DNA of 64,000 nucleotides, taken from the NCBI GenBank assembly GCA_012295275.1, contig CM022672.1:33418001-33482000 (forward strand), written 5' to 3'. The stretch comes from Chrysomallon squamiferum (Eukaryota > Animalia > Mollusca). The position numbers were made by a program, and so were the translations under genes. Positions within the stretch are counted from its first letter, which is position 1, and every line of letters begins with the position of its first letter. Of this stretch, positions 43,041 to 58,982 are shown one piece after another. The notes below the pieces were generated by a model. The model had not been told where the DNA came from. It searched no databases and saw only the letters and a program-made list of their open reading frames with translations.

Positions 43041-44630
43041 CGACAGTTTTATTTTTATAAGTCAGCTGTTATTGCTACCGGTGTTAAGAACGATTCATAT
43101 TAGCTGTCGAGTTATCCAGGTACTAATGTACAACTGAATTTAAATATACTGTGTTTATTTATTTGTTTCTTTGTTAGATCATTATTTGTTATTTATTTAT
43201 TTATTTATTCGTTTACTTTTTTTTTGTAAGTTTATATTTTATTTTTTCTGAAATTTAGTTAATACTAATAATTTATTAACTATGTAACTGAATGAATACA
43301 TAAATAAATAAACAGTGGTAAAAACGACGCTTATTTTTCTTCTCTTTATTTTTCTGTTTAATTTTTATTTCTGTGTTTGTGTTTATTTATTTATTTATTT
43401 TTTATTTATTTAGATGTATTTAGTCATAAAATGACATCTGTTACTGAATGTCTATTTTTAAATAGTATTTCGTTTCTTTACGTAGTATTTATATTATTAT
43501 TTTTATTTACGGAACTTTGAGTCATAAACAAATACAGTACATACACGTACACTGTATGCAGACTGAAATATCGATTTATATACACTTGCTCAAGACAGAA
43601 AGAAAGAAAAGAGAACGAAAAAAGTTAAAAGAACGAACGAAAGAAAGAACAATAAAAAAGATTGATACTCAGACACACATACAGAAAGATATAGATTACA
43701 GACAGGTAGTTAGTTATGCAGGCAGCTAGATAGACAGAAAGGAAAAAGAAAGGCAGATAGAGAAACAGACAGAAATCGGACAGATGGAAATGTGTATATA
43801 TAACACATATAGATTGCTATAGAGACACATCACTCGTGCAGGAACTCGTGATGGGATGATAAATCGTTATACAACAAACCATTCAACAAAAGCCGATGGG
43901 TGATAGAATAAGCAAAGTATATATACTTGATATGACTGTGTGTGTGTGTGTCTATGTGTTTGTCTGTCGGTGTGTGTATGGATTTTGCATAAAAATACAC
44001 GTCAAACAAGCACATATACGGAAAGATGCACATATAATCATTGAAACACAGACACAAACTCATACGTTATACACATTCTAAATGTCCAAACTGAGAAGAA
44101 CGAACAGAAACATTCTTCTATACCTATGTGACATTTCTAACTTAGTCAACTCCGAAAAAGATACCGTAAGTTACCATAAACTGTATCAGAAAGATGTTTG
44201 CTAAGGTAGCGAACCGGAGAGATTCACACACCTATAATTTAAATTACAGTAAACAAAAATATATTAATTTAAAAAAAAAAAAAATCTCTACATCTCTGTA
44301 TGCAGAAGGGTGAGGAGATGTCACCTGCAGTTTCTCAGTATATGTATGTGTGTCTTAAACTTCATTTATCAGCACTAAATAAGGAACATCAAACCTTTAG
44401 ACACCAACAGCAGATTCCAGATACAGGAACAGTATAACTGTAAACTAGCAAATCATTTCGGCTTGACATAATAAAAGAAAATAAAAAAATGTCTATGATC
44501 AAACATACGCCCCAACTGAATATTAATAAGCGTGAACAAAATGAGTACATGAGTTAGAAAAATTCAGACAGCAAAATATTTTATTTCATTTTTACTTTCG
44601 TTTTACAGTTACGCAAAAGTTCTTTCACTT

Positions 44631-46169
44631 TCATAGTAACTCTCCCGTCAAGCAGTCACGTGACGTATCGTCAGCCTTCACCAGCAGAGGATTGCAACCG
44701 TCTGCTTTGACGATGCATCCGTCTGGAGGTTGAATTGATCCCGCATTGATACCATATCTGTGTACAACGACAATAACAACAATAATAATAATAATAATAA
44801 TTATAATAATAACAATAATGATGATGATGGTGATAATAGTAGTAGTAGTAGTAGTTTTAGGGGTCTCGTTTCATATGAAGACCATAACGAATGGAGGCTG
44901 TTTTTTTTGTGTGTTTTTTTCAAGAACGTGTTGCCATCTGATAGAGGGAGTGTCATTATGATAGGACTGGTCCTGTTTATCTTCGAGGTTATAGTAAATA
45001 CATAATATTATAATAATAATAAAACTGAATAATAATAATAATAATAATAATAATGATAAGAATCATCATCATGACCATCATCATCATCATCATCATAATC
45101 TTCGTTATCTTGACCATCATTTGTTTTTAGAAATTTAAAATGATTTTATTTGTTTGACCAATACAGGACATTACATACCCGCAACATGAAAGTCCATCTG
45201 AACAGTGACACTCTATACATTTATTCTCGAATTTAACAGAATCTCCCGGTGAGATCACAACACCGTCAAACTGGCAGTACGGTTTAATATGTCCGTCACC
45301 TACAACAACAGCAATAATTTAGTAAATGTCCAGTTTAACTACACTCTCATATTATGATAATATGACTGAAACTATGTTAATCTTTGCTCCCTAAGAACAT
45401 ATTTAATCTTTTTTCTTTCTTATCGCGTCCTAGATACAAGTGACAGCATGTGTGTGTGTGTGTGTGTTTTGACTGTCTCTGTGTTGTACGTGTTTGTTGC
45501 TGAGGGATATATATATATATACACACACACATACATATAGATATATATCTTTTACTACCCACACACACATACATTTATATAAATTGCCTAAATTGTTAAT
45601 AAAACGAGCCGATAACCTTTACGAATAATAAACAAATACAAACATTACTTTTTAACAATAAACAAATACAATCAACATTGGTTTCTCGTTTTTTTTTAAC
45701 AATAATAAACAAATGTAGATTCACTTTCTTTTAACCTCAGTAAACATATACAAACAGCACCTTTTAGTAAACGTTCAACCTTATCGTTTCTGCCCTTTTG
45801 AAAACAGGTAATATGAAATATATGTTACAGTCATCATTCTTCTCTGAGTCCACTTTGCACCTGTCAGCCAGGTTTTTAATGTCACATTCATAAAATTCCT
45901 TTGTTTTAACTAGATATTTACTTAAAAAATAAAAATACAGACTTAAATTTCCTTTCAAGCTGACATATATATAAATATTAATTAATTTACGAAGACAAAG
46001 AAGATAACCTATACTACTAATAACATACGTTTGTTATGAACACACCTTGATTTCGGACTACAGAAATGATTAACGTACCTGTAATGTTGACTTTTAACCT
46101 GTCCATCAGACAGAAAGAATCTGAAGTGTAAAGAAACGCAGAAAACGTTAGGACAGCGAAAACCAACAT
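44631..46169 (-). CDS. MSMB: beta-microseminoprotein-like secreted protein, copy B' (intact, 112 aa)
   Basis: Exons 46169-46079, 45299-45179 and 44757-44631: MLVFAVLTFSAFLYTSDS|FCLMDRLKVNITGDGHIKPYCQFDGVVISPGDSVKFENKCIECHCSDGLSCCGYGINAGSIQPPDGCIVKADGCNPLLVKADDTSRDCLTGELL*. There is a one-codon in-frame deletion in exon 2. Confidence 0.88.
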
Positions 46170-46412
46170 GTTCGCTTCTCTCACTCGATGTTTTTATGAC
46201 AGTCGAACTTACTGAACTTAGAAAAGATAAGAAAAACAACCATATGTTGTTTTCTTCCTTTTTATTTTTAAACGCTTGTGTATCGTGTTGTGTGTACGTG
46301 TGTGTACGTGTGTGTCAAGGAGAGACAGATAGAGACAATGAGTGAGCGTTACAATGAAAGAAAGAACTTGAGAGAAAAAGATAAAGACAGAGAGAAAGAG
46401 AAAGCGAGAGAG

Positions 46413-46525
<113 letters not shown>

Positions 46526-46706
46526 AACCTCATAAATAATGTTATATTTTTGTTGTCATCGTGGTTTTGTTGTGTCCATATATATCGGTGTGCGTTTGTA
46601 TATGTGAGTGTGTGAGTACGTGTGTGTGTGTCTCAGGGTGTGTAAATCTGTTTGTGTGTAATATTGTCAAGTTTATATATATACACACACACACACACAA
46701 ACACAA

Positions 46707-46759
<53 letters not shown>

Positions 46760-46967
46760 ATACCAAGATAAGCGAAACGAATTCCTGAAAAAGGTCATTG
46801 TTTTGTTTGTTACTTTTATTTTAACTTTTTATCTGAGATTTACGTAAAAATGATGTGAACTTCTAGCACATGACAGTTATTAAAAACCTTTAAAAGCACA
46901 TTATCAGACTTGGGTGAACCAATCAAAAACGTGTACACGGTGCCTCTTTTATTATTATTATTATTAT

Positions 46968-47028
<61 letters not shown>

Positions 47029-47158
47029 TTTTTTTTTTTTTTTTTTTTTGCTTATTTGAAATTGCCTCTTTAATCGGATCTATGTGCAAAAGTCACAAGC
47101 GACTGAGTCTACAGAATTACATTATTAGTAATAGTAGGTAGTAGTAGGTGTAAAAGTT

Positions 47159-47203
<45 letters not shown>

Positions 47204-48146
47204 ACAATAATGAAAATAAAAGAGATTTACTTTGTTTTGTTTTTTTGCTTATTTGTTTATTTATTTATATATTTTTGTTATATTTAAATTTACTATTTCT
47301 TTTAGTAAACTTACGACTTTAAATAAAACAGCTATCTTCAACCATTCTTCTTCCTTGCTGACATAGCAATATAAAAAAAATACCTCGCAATAAAATATAA
47401 ATTTACATTACTCATAGCGATTTTGGTTGTTGGCTGTATTTCATAAATACAGATAACGTCATTTAAGCAGTAAGAACTGAAGTTAGTTGCAGTGGTACAA
47501 CACTGAAGTAGTCACATGTTAGCTCCAGACATGTTTTGGGTAATATTTCTAGTATCTGTTATAATCAACTGTCTCAGTTTCTTAATTACACAGTCATCGG
47601 GTGCACAAAGTGGAGTCGTTGGCATTTTGGAAGCTAACACCTCTTATGCGCTTGGCCCTGAGGCATTGCTTTTCAGTGATGTTTCATCAAACCGTTTGTG
47701 ATAGACACTATGAATCTATTTTTGTTGCTGCTGCTGCTGCTGAATATGACGATGATGATGATGATGACGATGATGTTACAGTTTCAAAATGTCCATTTGT
47801 ATCTATTGTATGTTTGTGGGTGTGTGTGTCTCTCTCTCTCTGGGAGGTTATGAGACATACATTACACTTACAGATGTACATTAACAGTTGTGCTATGATG
47901 TATGCATTTCTGACAGTATTAGTTTTAGTGATAATTGTAGTTACAGTAGAAGTAGTAGCTGCATCAGCAGCATATTTAATAGTAATAGTAGAAGTACTAG
48001 TAGTAGTAGCAGAAGTACTAGTTACAGCAGTAGCAGTACTATAGTAACAGTAGTTGTAGTCATTGTGACAGTGGTTAGTAGTTGTCAACTCGTAATAGTA
48101 AAATAGTAATATAGAATAGAGCCACTGATATGTTTGACACACGCAG

Positions 48147-48492
48147 GTATGGTTCGAGTGTGGGAATGGGCCCAATCGATGTACCAGAGGGATGCGTTAT
48201 CAAGAAACATGGTTGTGACAGTCTGATTGTGAAAACTGACAATGAGTTACAGAGGGATGTGTTATCAAGAAACATGGTTGTGACAGTTTGATTGTGAAAA
48301 CTGACAATGAGTTACAGAGAGATGTGTTATCAAGAAACATGGTTCTGACAGTTTGATTGTGAAAACTGACAATGCGTTAGAGAGGAATGGGTTATCAAGA
48401 AACATGGTTGTGACAATTTTATTGTGAAAACCGACAATGAGTTACTGAACTGCTACATGGGAGAATACATTCACATTGTCCAGTGGAAGTAA
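48147..48492 (+). pseudogene. third copy of the 65-bp-repeat MSP exon 3
   Basis: Four units from 48185; near-identical to 12641-12986. Confidence 0.8.
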
Positions 48493-48758
48493 TACTACAG
48501 CATTAATGTTTGTAATTCACGGAATTAAATTCGTCAAGCCTTCGCAAAATATCCGTTTTCCGTCAGAAACTGTGCAGACTGAAATCTATCTAACTGTCTG
48601 TCTGATGGTCTAATCCGTCTGTCTTTACTTGTATCTCTGTGTCTGTTTATCTATCTCTCTGCCTGTCTGTGTGTCTAATTATGTTTGTATATTTGTATCT
48701 CTCTTTATCGCAGTCTGTCTTGCTGTATAGATATATATATACACATACAGAGAGAGAG

Positions 48759-48876
<118 letters not shown>

Positions 48877-50462
48877 AAATCTCATAAATAATGTTATATT
48901 TTTGTTGTCATCGGGGTTTTGTTGTGTCCATATATATCGGTGTCCGTGTGTATATGTGAGTGTGTGAGTACGTGTGTGTGTGTCTCTGTGTGTGTAAATC
49001 TGTTTGTGTGTAATATTGTCAAGTTTATGTATATACACACACACACATACACAGAAACACACACACACACACACACGCGCACACACACTCACATATACAC
49101 ACGAATACCAAGATAAGCGAAACGAATTCCTGAAAAAGCTCATTGTTTTGTTTGTTACTTTTATTTTAACTTTTTATCTGAGATTTACGTTAAAACGATG
49201 TGAATTTCTGCCACATGACAGTTATTAAAAACGATTAGAAGCAGATTGTCAGATTTGTGTGAACCAATCAAAAACGCGTACACACAGTGCCTCTTTTTAT
49301 TATTATTATTAGTAGTAGTAGTAGGAGTAGTATTAGTAGAAGTAGTAGTAGTAGTAGCATTTTTTTTTTTTTTTGCTTATGTGAAATTGCCTCTTTAGTC
49401 GGATCTATGTGCAAAAGTCACAAGCGACTGAGTCTACAGAATTACATTATTAGTAATAGTAATAGGTAGTAGTAGGTGTAAAAGTTGTAGTAGTAGTAGT
49501 AATAACAATTATTAAAATAACAGAGATTTAATTTGTTTTGTTTTTTTTTTTTATTTGTTTATTTATTTATATATTTTTGTTATATTTAAATTTACTATTT
49601 CTTATAGTAAACTTACGACTTTAAATAACATAGCTATCCACACTTCTTCAACCACTCTTCTTCCTTGCTGACATGGCAATATAAAAAAAATACCTCGCAA
49701 TAAAATATAAATTTACATTACTCATAGCGATTTTGGTTGTTGGCTGTATTTCATAAATACAGATAACGTCATTTAAGCAGTAAGAACTGAAGTTAGTTGC
49801 AGTGGTACAACACTGAAGTAGTCACATGTTAGCTCCAGACATGTTTTGGGTAATATTTCTAGTATCTGTTATAATCAACCGTCTCAGTTTCTTAATTACA
49901 CAGTCATCGGGTGCACAAAGTGGAGTCGTTGGCATTTTGGAAGCTAACACCTCTTATGCGCTTGGCCCTGAGGCATTGCTTTTCAGTGATGTTTCATCAA
50001 ACCGTTTGTGATAGACACTATGAATCTATTTTTGTTGCTGCTGCTGCTGCTGAATATGACGATGATGATGATGATGACGATGACGATGGGGTTACAGTTT
50101 CAAAATGTCCATTTGCATCTATTGTATGTTTGTGGGTGTGTGTGTCTCTCTCTCTCTGGGAGGTTATGAGACATACATTACACATACAGATGTACATTAA
50201 CAGTTGTGCTATGATGTATGCATTTCTGACAGTATTAGTTTTAGTGATAATTGTAGTTACAGTAGAAGTAGTAGCTGCATCAGCAGCATATTTAATAGTA
50301 ATAGTAGAAGTACTAGTAGTAGTAGCAGAAGTACTAGTTACAGCAGTAGCAGTACTATAGTAACAGTAGTTGTAGTCATTGTGACAGTGGTTAGTAGTTG
50401 TCAACTCGTAATAGTAAAATAGTAGTATAGAATAGAGCCACTGATATGTTTGACACACGCAG

Positions 50463-50806
50463 GTATGGTTCGAGTGTGGGAATGGGCCCAATCGATGTAC
50501 CAGAGGGATGTTATCAAAAAACATGGTTGTGACAGTCTGATTGTGAAAACTGACAATGAGTTACAGAGGGATGTGTTATCAAGAAACATGGTTGTGACAG
50601 TTTGATTGTGAAAACTGACAATGAGTTACAGAGGGATGTGTTATCAAGAAACATGGTTGTGACAGTTTGATTGTGAAAACTGACAATGAATTACAGAGAG
50701 ATGTGTTATCAAGAAACATGGTTGTGACAATTTTATTGTGAAAACCGACAATGAGTTACTGAACTGCTACACGGGAGAATACATTCACATTGTCCAGTGG
50801 AAGTAA
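50463..50806 (+). pseudogene. fourth copy of the 65-bp-repeat MSP exon 3 (2-bp deletion in unit 1)
   Basis: Units at 50501 (63 bp), 50564, 50629 and 50694. Confidence 0.8.
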
Positions 50807-51058
50807 CACTACAGCATTAATGTTTGTAATTCACGGAATTAAATTCGTCAAGCCTTCGCAAAATATTCGTTTTCCGTCAGAAACTGTGCAGACTGAAATC
50901 TATCTAACTGTCTGTCTGATGGTCTAATCCGTCTGTCTTTACTTGTATCTCTGTGTCTGTTTATCTATCTCTCTGCCTGTCTGTGTGTCTAATTCTGTTT
51001 GTATATTTGTATCTCTCTTTATCGCAGTCTGTCTGTCTGTATATATATATATATACAC

Positions 51059-51229
<171 letters not shown>

Positions 51230-51467
51230 GATAAGCGGACGCAAACCAAAATTATAAAAATTATGGATAACATTTTTCTTCTTTAATTATACACATTTTT
51301 TTGGTTGTTGTTCTCATATTTCTTAAAACAAAGATAAAAATCTAACCGAACGAAAATGAAAACGAAACAAAAAACCTAGAAGAAAAAATGAATAAGGAAG
51401 CAGGAGATAATATGTTTTTTTGTTTGTTTTTGTTTTGTTTTCAACAAACTGTTCGGATTCATCTATG

Positions 51468-51631
51468 CTAATTAAAGTTGCATTTTCGAGTGGTGTTGTT
51501 CTTATCCATTAACATCGGTTTGCAGTTGTCTCCCTTTTTCACGATACATCCTTCAGGAAACGTAAAATGAAGCACTGGCAATATCATAGCTGTAAACCGG
51601 AAACTAATAACCACAAAAACAGTAATGTACA

Positions 51632-51663
<32 letters not shown>

Positions 51664-52276
51664 CTTTCACATAAAATGACCTATTACTATAATCAACTAT
51701 ACTAAACACATAAGAAAGAAATTCATGATGAAAGTCTCCTGAAATTTATGGATTTTAGAACACTACTTAAAATGTGTTTCAGTTCATAGTTATCATTCGT
51801 AGTGCTTGAATATGTATGTATGTATGTATATTCAGCATCGATCGGTAAGTTGGTAGGTAGATAAATATATCTATTTCCCTGAAAATGTGGATATGTCGCC
51901 TTTTGCAAGAAAATATATCAAAAACTTTACAGTTTATGAGAAAGAAGAATAAGAACAAAAACAAAAACAAGAAAAGGAAGAGCAAGAAATAGTAATAACT
52001 CGCAACATGAGAGCCGAAAAATAGTGCATGTGCACTTTGATCACTTCCCCTGTTGTTTGTCCGATTTTCTACCATCTTCACCTTCACAGTATTTTTTCAC
52101 TGAATATAAAATAATATAAATATGCACTATTTATTTCGCCATTATTAAAATCAACATGATCATACTGACGAAAATTACGTCGTTGATGATGAGGCTATAG
52201 AAGTAGGAGGAGTGGTGGTAGTAATAATGATAATGATGATGTTAATTATGATGCTGATGATGAAGATAGTACTAGC

Positions 52277-52316
<40 letters not shown>

Positions 52317-52700
52317 ATAGTATTGGAAAATGCCGTCATAGAAAAGTAGAAGTCGTAATAGTAGTAGAAGTAGTAGTAGTAGTAGTAGTAGCAGCAGCAG
52401 TAGTAGTAACAACAAAAGAACTAAGGTGACAATAAGATACCGACAACATCTGGATGACGACGATAAGATAACGTCGCCAGCAACAACAACAACAACATAA
52501 ACAACAACATCAACATAAAAAAATAATACTAATAATTATAATAATAATAACAGTCTATGTTTAGAAGTAGTGGTTAATAGTAGTAGTAGCTGTTGTAGTA
52601 GTTGTAGTTGTCATAATGGAACAGCATCAGCAACTTATCGACCCTGTTTTCAAAAACTTCAGATCTTACTCTGACCTTTCTATTCCTGAACTCCTCTTGC
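51468..52700 (-). pseudogene. MSP-like copy E, old pseudogene (C/D subtype)
   Basis: Coding exon 1 is deleted at ~52657 (caaaaac|ttcagatcttactc versus D). Exon 2 (52099-52000) reads KKYCEGEDGRKSDKQQGK*SKCTCTIFRLSCC. Exon 3 (51589-51468) has a +1 frameshift before PEGCIVKKGDNCKPMLMDKNNTTRKCNFN*. Confidence 0.82.
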
Positions 52701-54049
52701 GGGTTTTGTGAAGCATTTATCGTAGATAATTGAGTTTAGCTTTTTTTAATAATACGAAACAAAGAAAAATAGCATATTTCATTGTGAAATGATTAATTAA
52801 AAGAAAACAAACCCCGCTGACTGAATAACAAAAGGAATCAACATAGGATTATTCGTAGTTTTATTTCTCTTTTTCTTTTTTCTTTTTTTTCTTGCTTTGC
52901 GCTAGGACATGTTGTACTGGATTAATTGCTGTATATTTGTAACATTGTGTACGTTTCTGGTTTTCTATATGTCCGTGTGTGTATGTTAATTTAGAATGTG
53001 TATAACGTATGAGACTTTGTGTGTGTGTTTCAATGTTTATATGTGCATATTTACGTGTATGTGATTGCTTGACGTGTATTTTGATGCACAATCCACACAC
53101 ACACACAAACACACACAGAGAGTCATATCAAGTATATATACTTTGCTTATTCTATCACCCATTGCCTTTTGTTGAATGGTTTGTTGTATAACGATTTATC
53201 ATCCCATCACGAGTTCCCGCACGAGTGATCTGTCTCTATAACAATCTATATGTCTTATATATACACATTTCCATCTGTCCGTGCGATTTCTGTCTGTTTC
53301 TCTATCTGCCTTTCTTTTTCCTTTCTGTCTAGCCGCCTGCATAACTAACTACATGTCTATAAACTCTATCTTTCTGTATGTGTGTCTGTCTGAGTATCAG
53401 TCTTTTTTATTGTTGTTTCGTTCGTTCTTTTAACTTTTTTCTGTTTTGTTTCTTTCTGTCGTGTGTAAGTGTATATAAATCGATATTTCAGTCTCCATAC
53501 TGTGTACATGTATGTACTGTATTTGTTTATGAGTCATGGTTCGTTAAATAAAAATAATAATATAAATACTACGTAAAGAAACGAAATACTATTTAAAAAT
53601 AGACATTCAGTAACAGATGTCATTTTATAACTAAAAAACATCCAAAAAAGTAAAAAATAAATAAATATGGTAGCAAAATACAAATACAGAAGTAAAAATT
53701 AAACAGAAAAATAAAAATAAAGAGAAGAAAAATGACAATCGTTATTATTACCGTTTATTTATTTATTATTTTTTTCGTTCATTTTTTCATTCTGTTAGAT
53801 AATTAATAAATGATTAGTATTAACTAAATTTGCGAAAAAAAAAGTAAACTTACAAAAAGGAAAAAAGAATGAATGAATAAATAAATAAATAAAGATGTAA
53901 ATTAATAAATAATGAGTTAACAAAGAAAGAAACAAACAAAAACAGTAAATTTAAATCCAGTTATACTTTGGTATCTGAATAACTCGACAGCTAATATGAA
54001 TCGTTCTTAACACCGGTAGCAATAACAGCTGACTTATAAAAATAAAACT

Positions 54050-55340
54050 GTCGTGTCGCGATATGTCACACGGCTGACAAATATTATATCAATGCGTGCA
54101 CCATTTCTCGTTCAGGTGACAAATCATAAACAGACATCTGAATGATTTCTCAGACAAGATTTCTCAATACCACCCGTGCCTTTTTAAAAAACTTCTAATC
54201 TTTTTATGCCTGCATCACTTTGTGAGAGACTGATAAATCGCGACGTTACTGTCGCCATTGTGTTGCAAAGTTCAAACATAACATTTGTGACAGTGTATGA
54301 ATTTGCTTCCTGGTCATTAAGCGAATTAAAATGAAAATTGTTTTATGCATTTTAAAAAAGAAACTGTCATGTTAAACACTTAATTTCAGTTGCTAATTTA
54401 TGCTTTGACAATATCCTGTTTAATAAAAAGTATTTTTACCGAATGATCCAGCTTCAGATATCTGAAAAGAAACTGCAAGGGGCGATCAGCCATTTTTAAG
54501 ATAATTGATCATTTCGTGAAAACGTTCACAGCTGCTCATAGAGAAACTGTTTATACTTATAGAGGCATTATTGTTTTCGATTAAAATACAGAGTTTGATA
54601 GGTTTTCTTCAACAACATCGTTATGGTAAAACTTTATTAACATGGGTCGTGATAACCCACCAGGCCCCAGGGTAAGGGATCCTGCGGGTAAAACAGTAAA
54701 TTGCCACTAAATTGTATGAGAAGAGACATCTCACTTTCTTACGTATTTTTTCTTTCTAGGCATTCTTTTTATAGGAGATACACCACTCTAGTCTATCATC
54801 AAGTAAAGTAATACCAGTAATTAAGTACCTATCAGTTATCTGTTCGTTTGAAATGCAGAGGGATCCAATGAGCCACCTGCCCATGGAACATCAGAGTGGC
54901 TTATCGAAACCCACAGAAAATGGCTCACTGGTCCCCAACTCCACATTCATTATGTTCGCCCAGTGTAACAGAGAACCACATGGCTGGTCGACGAAAACTG
55001 CATTAAGAAGTGAAAAGATATTTCTAGCAAAAACACAACCCTTTACTATGAAATATGTGTTATCACCTCAATCGACCCCCAGTGTCTCCTATAATACCAG
55101 ATTCCGCTGCAAAACGCTGATCAAAGCAAGGCTAAAGTTTCAAGTTCTCTCCGTGACCTCCGTGATCATCAAACGGAACCGCTGTCTTCTGCAACCGCCC
55201 GCTACCCGTTTCTACTGCGTCACACCCAGAACCAGAGCCTGGACTCAAATCCCGGATAGATTCCTGAGGACGTTGATGGAACCCGTGGAATTAAAGAGGA
55301 AAGAGAAACCATTAGGTGGGACAAATTTCAAAACTGATTT
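54050..55340 (+). mobile_element. inverted duplicate of the probable Gypsy remnant (includes the chance-open ORF 54853-55389)
   Basis: Homologous to 26330-27900. Confidence 0.4.
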
Positions 55341-55689
55341 AGTTCGTCATACAAAATTGACCGCAAATTACTGTAACTTCAAAATTTAAAAATTCGTGAT
55401 CGCTTATATTCATGTAAAAGAACTCTGATTATTAGCATATATTGGCAGTTAGATACAGATTATTTACTTATTATAATTATCAATACATATTTAATATTTG
55501 TTGTTACTTCATCTTTTCTTGATTTCATATACAGAGCCTAGATTATCTCAAGGATATCCACATACAAATTAGTACTTTAATAATATATACATATTTACTT
55601 AGTTAAAAGAACTGTGTCTAACGAAATACAGTTTCATAGATAAACTGGTTTTACATTAAACAAAGACAAGATTGTCTATCTTCCTCACA

Positions 55690-56075
55690 ACTCTACTGTT
55701 TCACGTTTGATGCAAACAGAATTGACTCAGTCATTCCCAGGTGGAGAGGTAATTTATTATCAATTAGCAACGCCCTCTTCATTCTAGTTCATTTCAAAGT
55801 TATTGCTGAATTTCTGTTCTGTTTCTGTCCCTAGACCTCTAATGGGATATCGTTCACATTAGACGAAAAAGAATATGCGACCCATTATGGATTCTTAAGG
55901 AACGTTACATCTAATTGTGGCGATGGTAGAAATAATGTCAGCGATTTTTTCCACCTCATGTCACTCATGTAAATACGATCGAAACCAGTTTAGTCCGAGT
56001 TATTGTAATATCTATATCAAATCGCCATGATCAACCATATCAGAGACCTGTTACGTATCTACATAATTCCCTATG
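55690..56075 (-). mobile_element. inverted duplicate of the LINE RT fragment
   Basis: Retains an extra segment CNVP*ESIMGR (compare CGVPQGSILGP) that is deleted in the other copies. Confidence 0.78.
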
Positions 56076-57446
56076 TTATGCCCTTGCTTAATACAATTGT
56101 TTAGATTTCGAAAAAAAAAAATATATATCAAAAAGAACGACTGAAAATAGAGGAAGTTAATACATTTTAATAAAATAAACAAAAATCTTTTTTAGTCTGT
56201 TTTTTTTTTATTATTACTTAAAATAAGCACACGTTATTATAGATATAAATTACACTGAAGATAAATAATTTAAGTAATTTTAGAAGAATACAAAGGAAAA
56301 GTAAAAGCAGAAGAAAAAGAAAAGTAAGCGTAATGATAATATATTTATTTAAAGTAAACATCTGAAAATAAAAACAAAGATTTAAATTAGTTTAAATGTT
56401 TTGTAATCGATAAGCTACATTAGTTATGTTAGGTTGCTTATATTCATTGTTATTCCATTTGTAATATATTTATTTTTATTAGATATCGAACGACGAAAAA
56501 TCATATATTTTGTTATCGACAGAAGCGAAGTAACTCTAAATAATAAGTAGGTCAACGAAGCAGACGACTACAAGGTAACTAAGTAATTAAGTCAATGTTT
56601 TATATAAACAAAAAACCATACCGTTTAAAAAATAAAAAATAAAAAATGTATAAACAAATGAATATATATATATATCGAACTTAATGAAAAATAAAATATA
56701 CTTTTCGCATAAGGTCATCGTTATTTACCAAGGGGAAGTCACTCTAGTAGGTGAACGAAGCAGACGATTAAAAGTAAATACGAGATGAGTAGAAAATGAA
56801 AAATGATTTTAAGATACCCCCGTTATCGGTTGCATCATCCAACTGTATTTTAACTGACTATACGAGGTAAGTTTAGACAACTATTTCATTTTGTAACTTC
56901 TTTTCTTTTTTTTTTTTTTTTTTTCTTAATGTTACTTAAAGTCATGAAGTTTTATACAAACTTAAACCAGATTTTCCTGAAGCACATGGTTACACGGTAT
57001 TATTATAATATTTTAAAATAGTCTTTTGTTTTACAAAACTGATGAATCTAACAAATATTTTGTAACTTTGTATAATTCATACAATCTTAAAAAAAAATCT
57101 TAATTAATTTATTTGTAAGTATCTTTGAATCAGCTTCAAAGATATAAAAAACAAAACATTTCTTTTTCTGCAGGATTAAATATTAAGCTTTTATATAAAA
57201 AATAACAATTTGTAGCCAAAATGCTTACATTTCAAATAATAATAATAATAATAAATAAATAAATAAATGTGCTAAAATGAAATTCATGCTTAAATTTATA
57301 AATGTTATAAGATAATAATAATTTTAAAAGCATTATAAAAATTATATTAAAAAAATGTTCTTCATTCACAACATAGCTGATCAACTAACATAAAAATCAA
57401 GTTGTTATGAGGAAAAACAATATATAGCCAAGATACTTACATTTTA

Positions 57447-57492
<46 letters not shown>

Positions 57493-58360
57493 TTAATAAT
57501 AATAATTTCAGTTTTTCCTCTTCATATGATCAAATACATTTTTTGTATTAGGATATGAAGCAAATATATTAAATATAATCCAGCCTGTTGGTTCACTTAC
57601 TACTGTTTGATTTAACTTACATAAGTCTCAGATACTTTTCCTATTCATTTACAGTTTTTTATATTAACACATCTCATAAAATTATTTTATCATTGTTAAG
57701 CTGTTTATCAACAATCTTAACATCATAGTGTTTCTCAGTATACACCTGATGAAAATTTGTTCATGTCATGTAAAACACATTTTAATATTAATTTTAAAAA
57801 CAACGGTTAAAAATACTAAATTAAATATTATAAAAATATGCATATTAAGATTACAGTTAATTATTTATCACTGCATGAAAGTATTAAATTACAGTTAAAT
57901 ATCAATCATATGATCCCATGATAAATATTTTAAAATTGAGTTAGTTTGAAATCTTCCAAAAAATAATTCAATGAATGCGAAATCAAAACATAACTATCTG
58001 CTTTTGTTATTTTTCAGTTTTTGTTGATATAAATGGAATATCATTTTAAAATCAAAACAAAATTTCTAACTCTTCAATATTACAATTATTAAAATACAAA
58101 TATAAAAACTATTTGCTCTAAATTAGTTGTTCTATACATTAGTATGTAAATAACATGAAAACATATATATATATCTGGAAAAACACATTAACATATCAAA
58201 TATTATCATATATACATATAAATAAGGATTAAAAGAAATTTAATAATATATTTAATAATGAGTAAACTTTAGAAAATCAAAACTATTAAAATATTATTTC
58301 TATAAACCAAATACATTGGTTCATATTATATCAAAACAATAATTTTATGATCTGTATAAA

Positions 58361-58560
58361 NNNNNNNNNNNNNNNNNNNNNNNNNNNNNNNNNNNNNNNN
58401 NNNNNNNNNNNNNNNNNNNNNNNNNNNNNNNNNNNNNNNNNNNNNNNNNNNNNNNNNNNNNNNNNNNNNNNNNNNNNNNNNNNNNNNNNNNNNNNNNNNN
58501 NNNNNNNNNNNNNNNNNNNNNNNNNNNNNNNNNNNNNNNNNNNNNNNNNNNNNNNNNNNN
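58361..58560. other. assembly gap (200 N)
   Basis: Run of exactly 200 N. Confidence 0.99.
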
Positions 58561-58901
58561 ACGTGTCGCCAACGTCTGATTGTCTACCATCTTCATCTTT
58601 ACAGTGTTTACCCACAGAACCTGTGTATAAAATAATATAAATATGCACTGTTTATTCCGCCATTATTAAAATTAACATGATCATACTGACGAAAATTATG
58701 TTGTTGATGATGACGTTTTATAGAGGTAGTAGGAGTGGTAGTAGTAATAATGATAATGATCATGATAATTATGATGTTGGTGATGAAGATAGCAGTAGTA
58801 GTACTAATAGTAAGTAGATGAACATTGCAGTAGCTGTAGTAGTAGCAGTCATATAAAAAAGGAGACATAGTAGTACCAGCAGTAGTAGTAACTTGGGTGA
58901 T

Positions 58902-58982
<81 letters not shown>

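Larger units (their letters stand above)
53100..58360 (-). repeat. diverged inverted copy of the sacsin downstream block (~23045-28900)
   Basis: The reverse complement matches 23045 onward (aaccaatgtatttggtt..), the AGAGTTACTTCCCTT module, the LINE and Gypsy remnants, and the gatcactcgtgc..gaactcgtgatgggatg segment. Confidence 0.85.

Noticed and set aside
54853-55389. 178-aa ORF as a novel gene
   Set aside because: The three paralogous copies are broken by stops and indels. It is better explained as a decayed retroelement segment that is open by chance.
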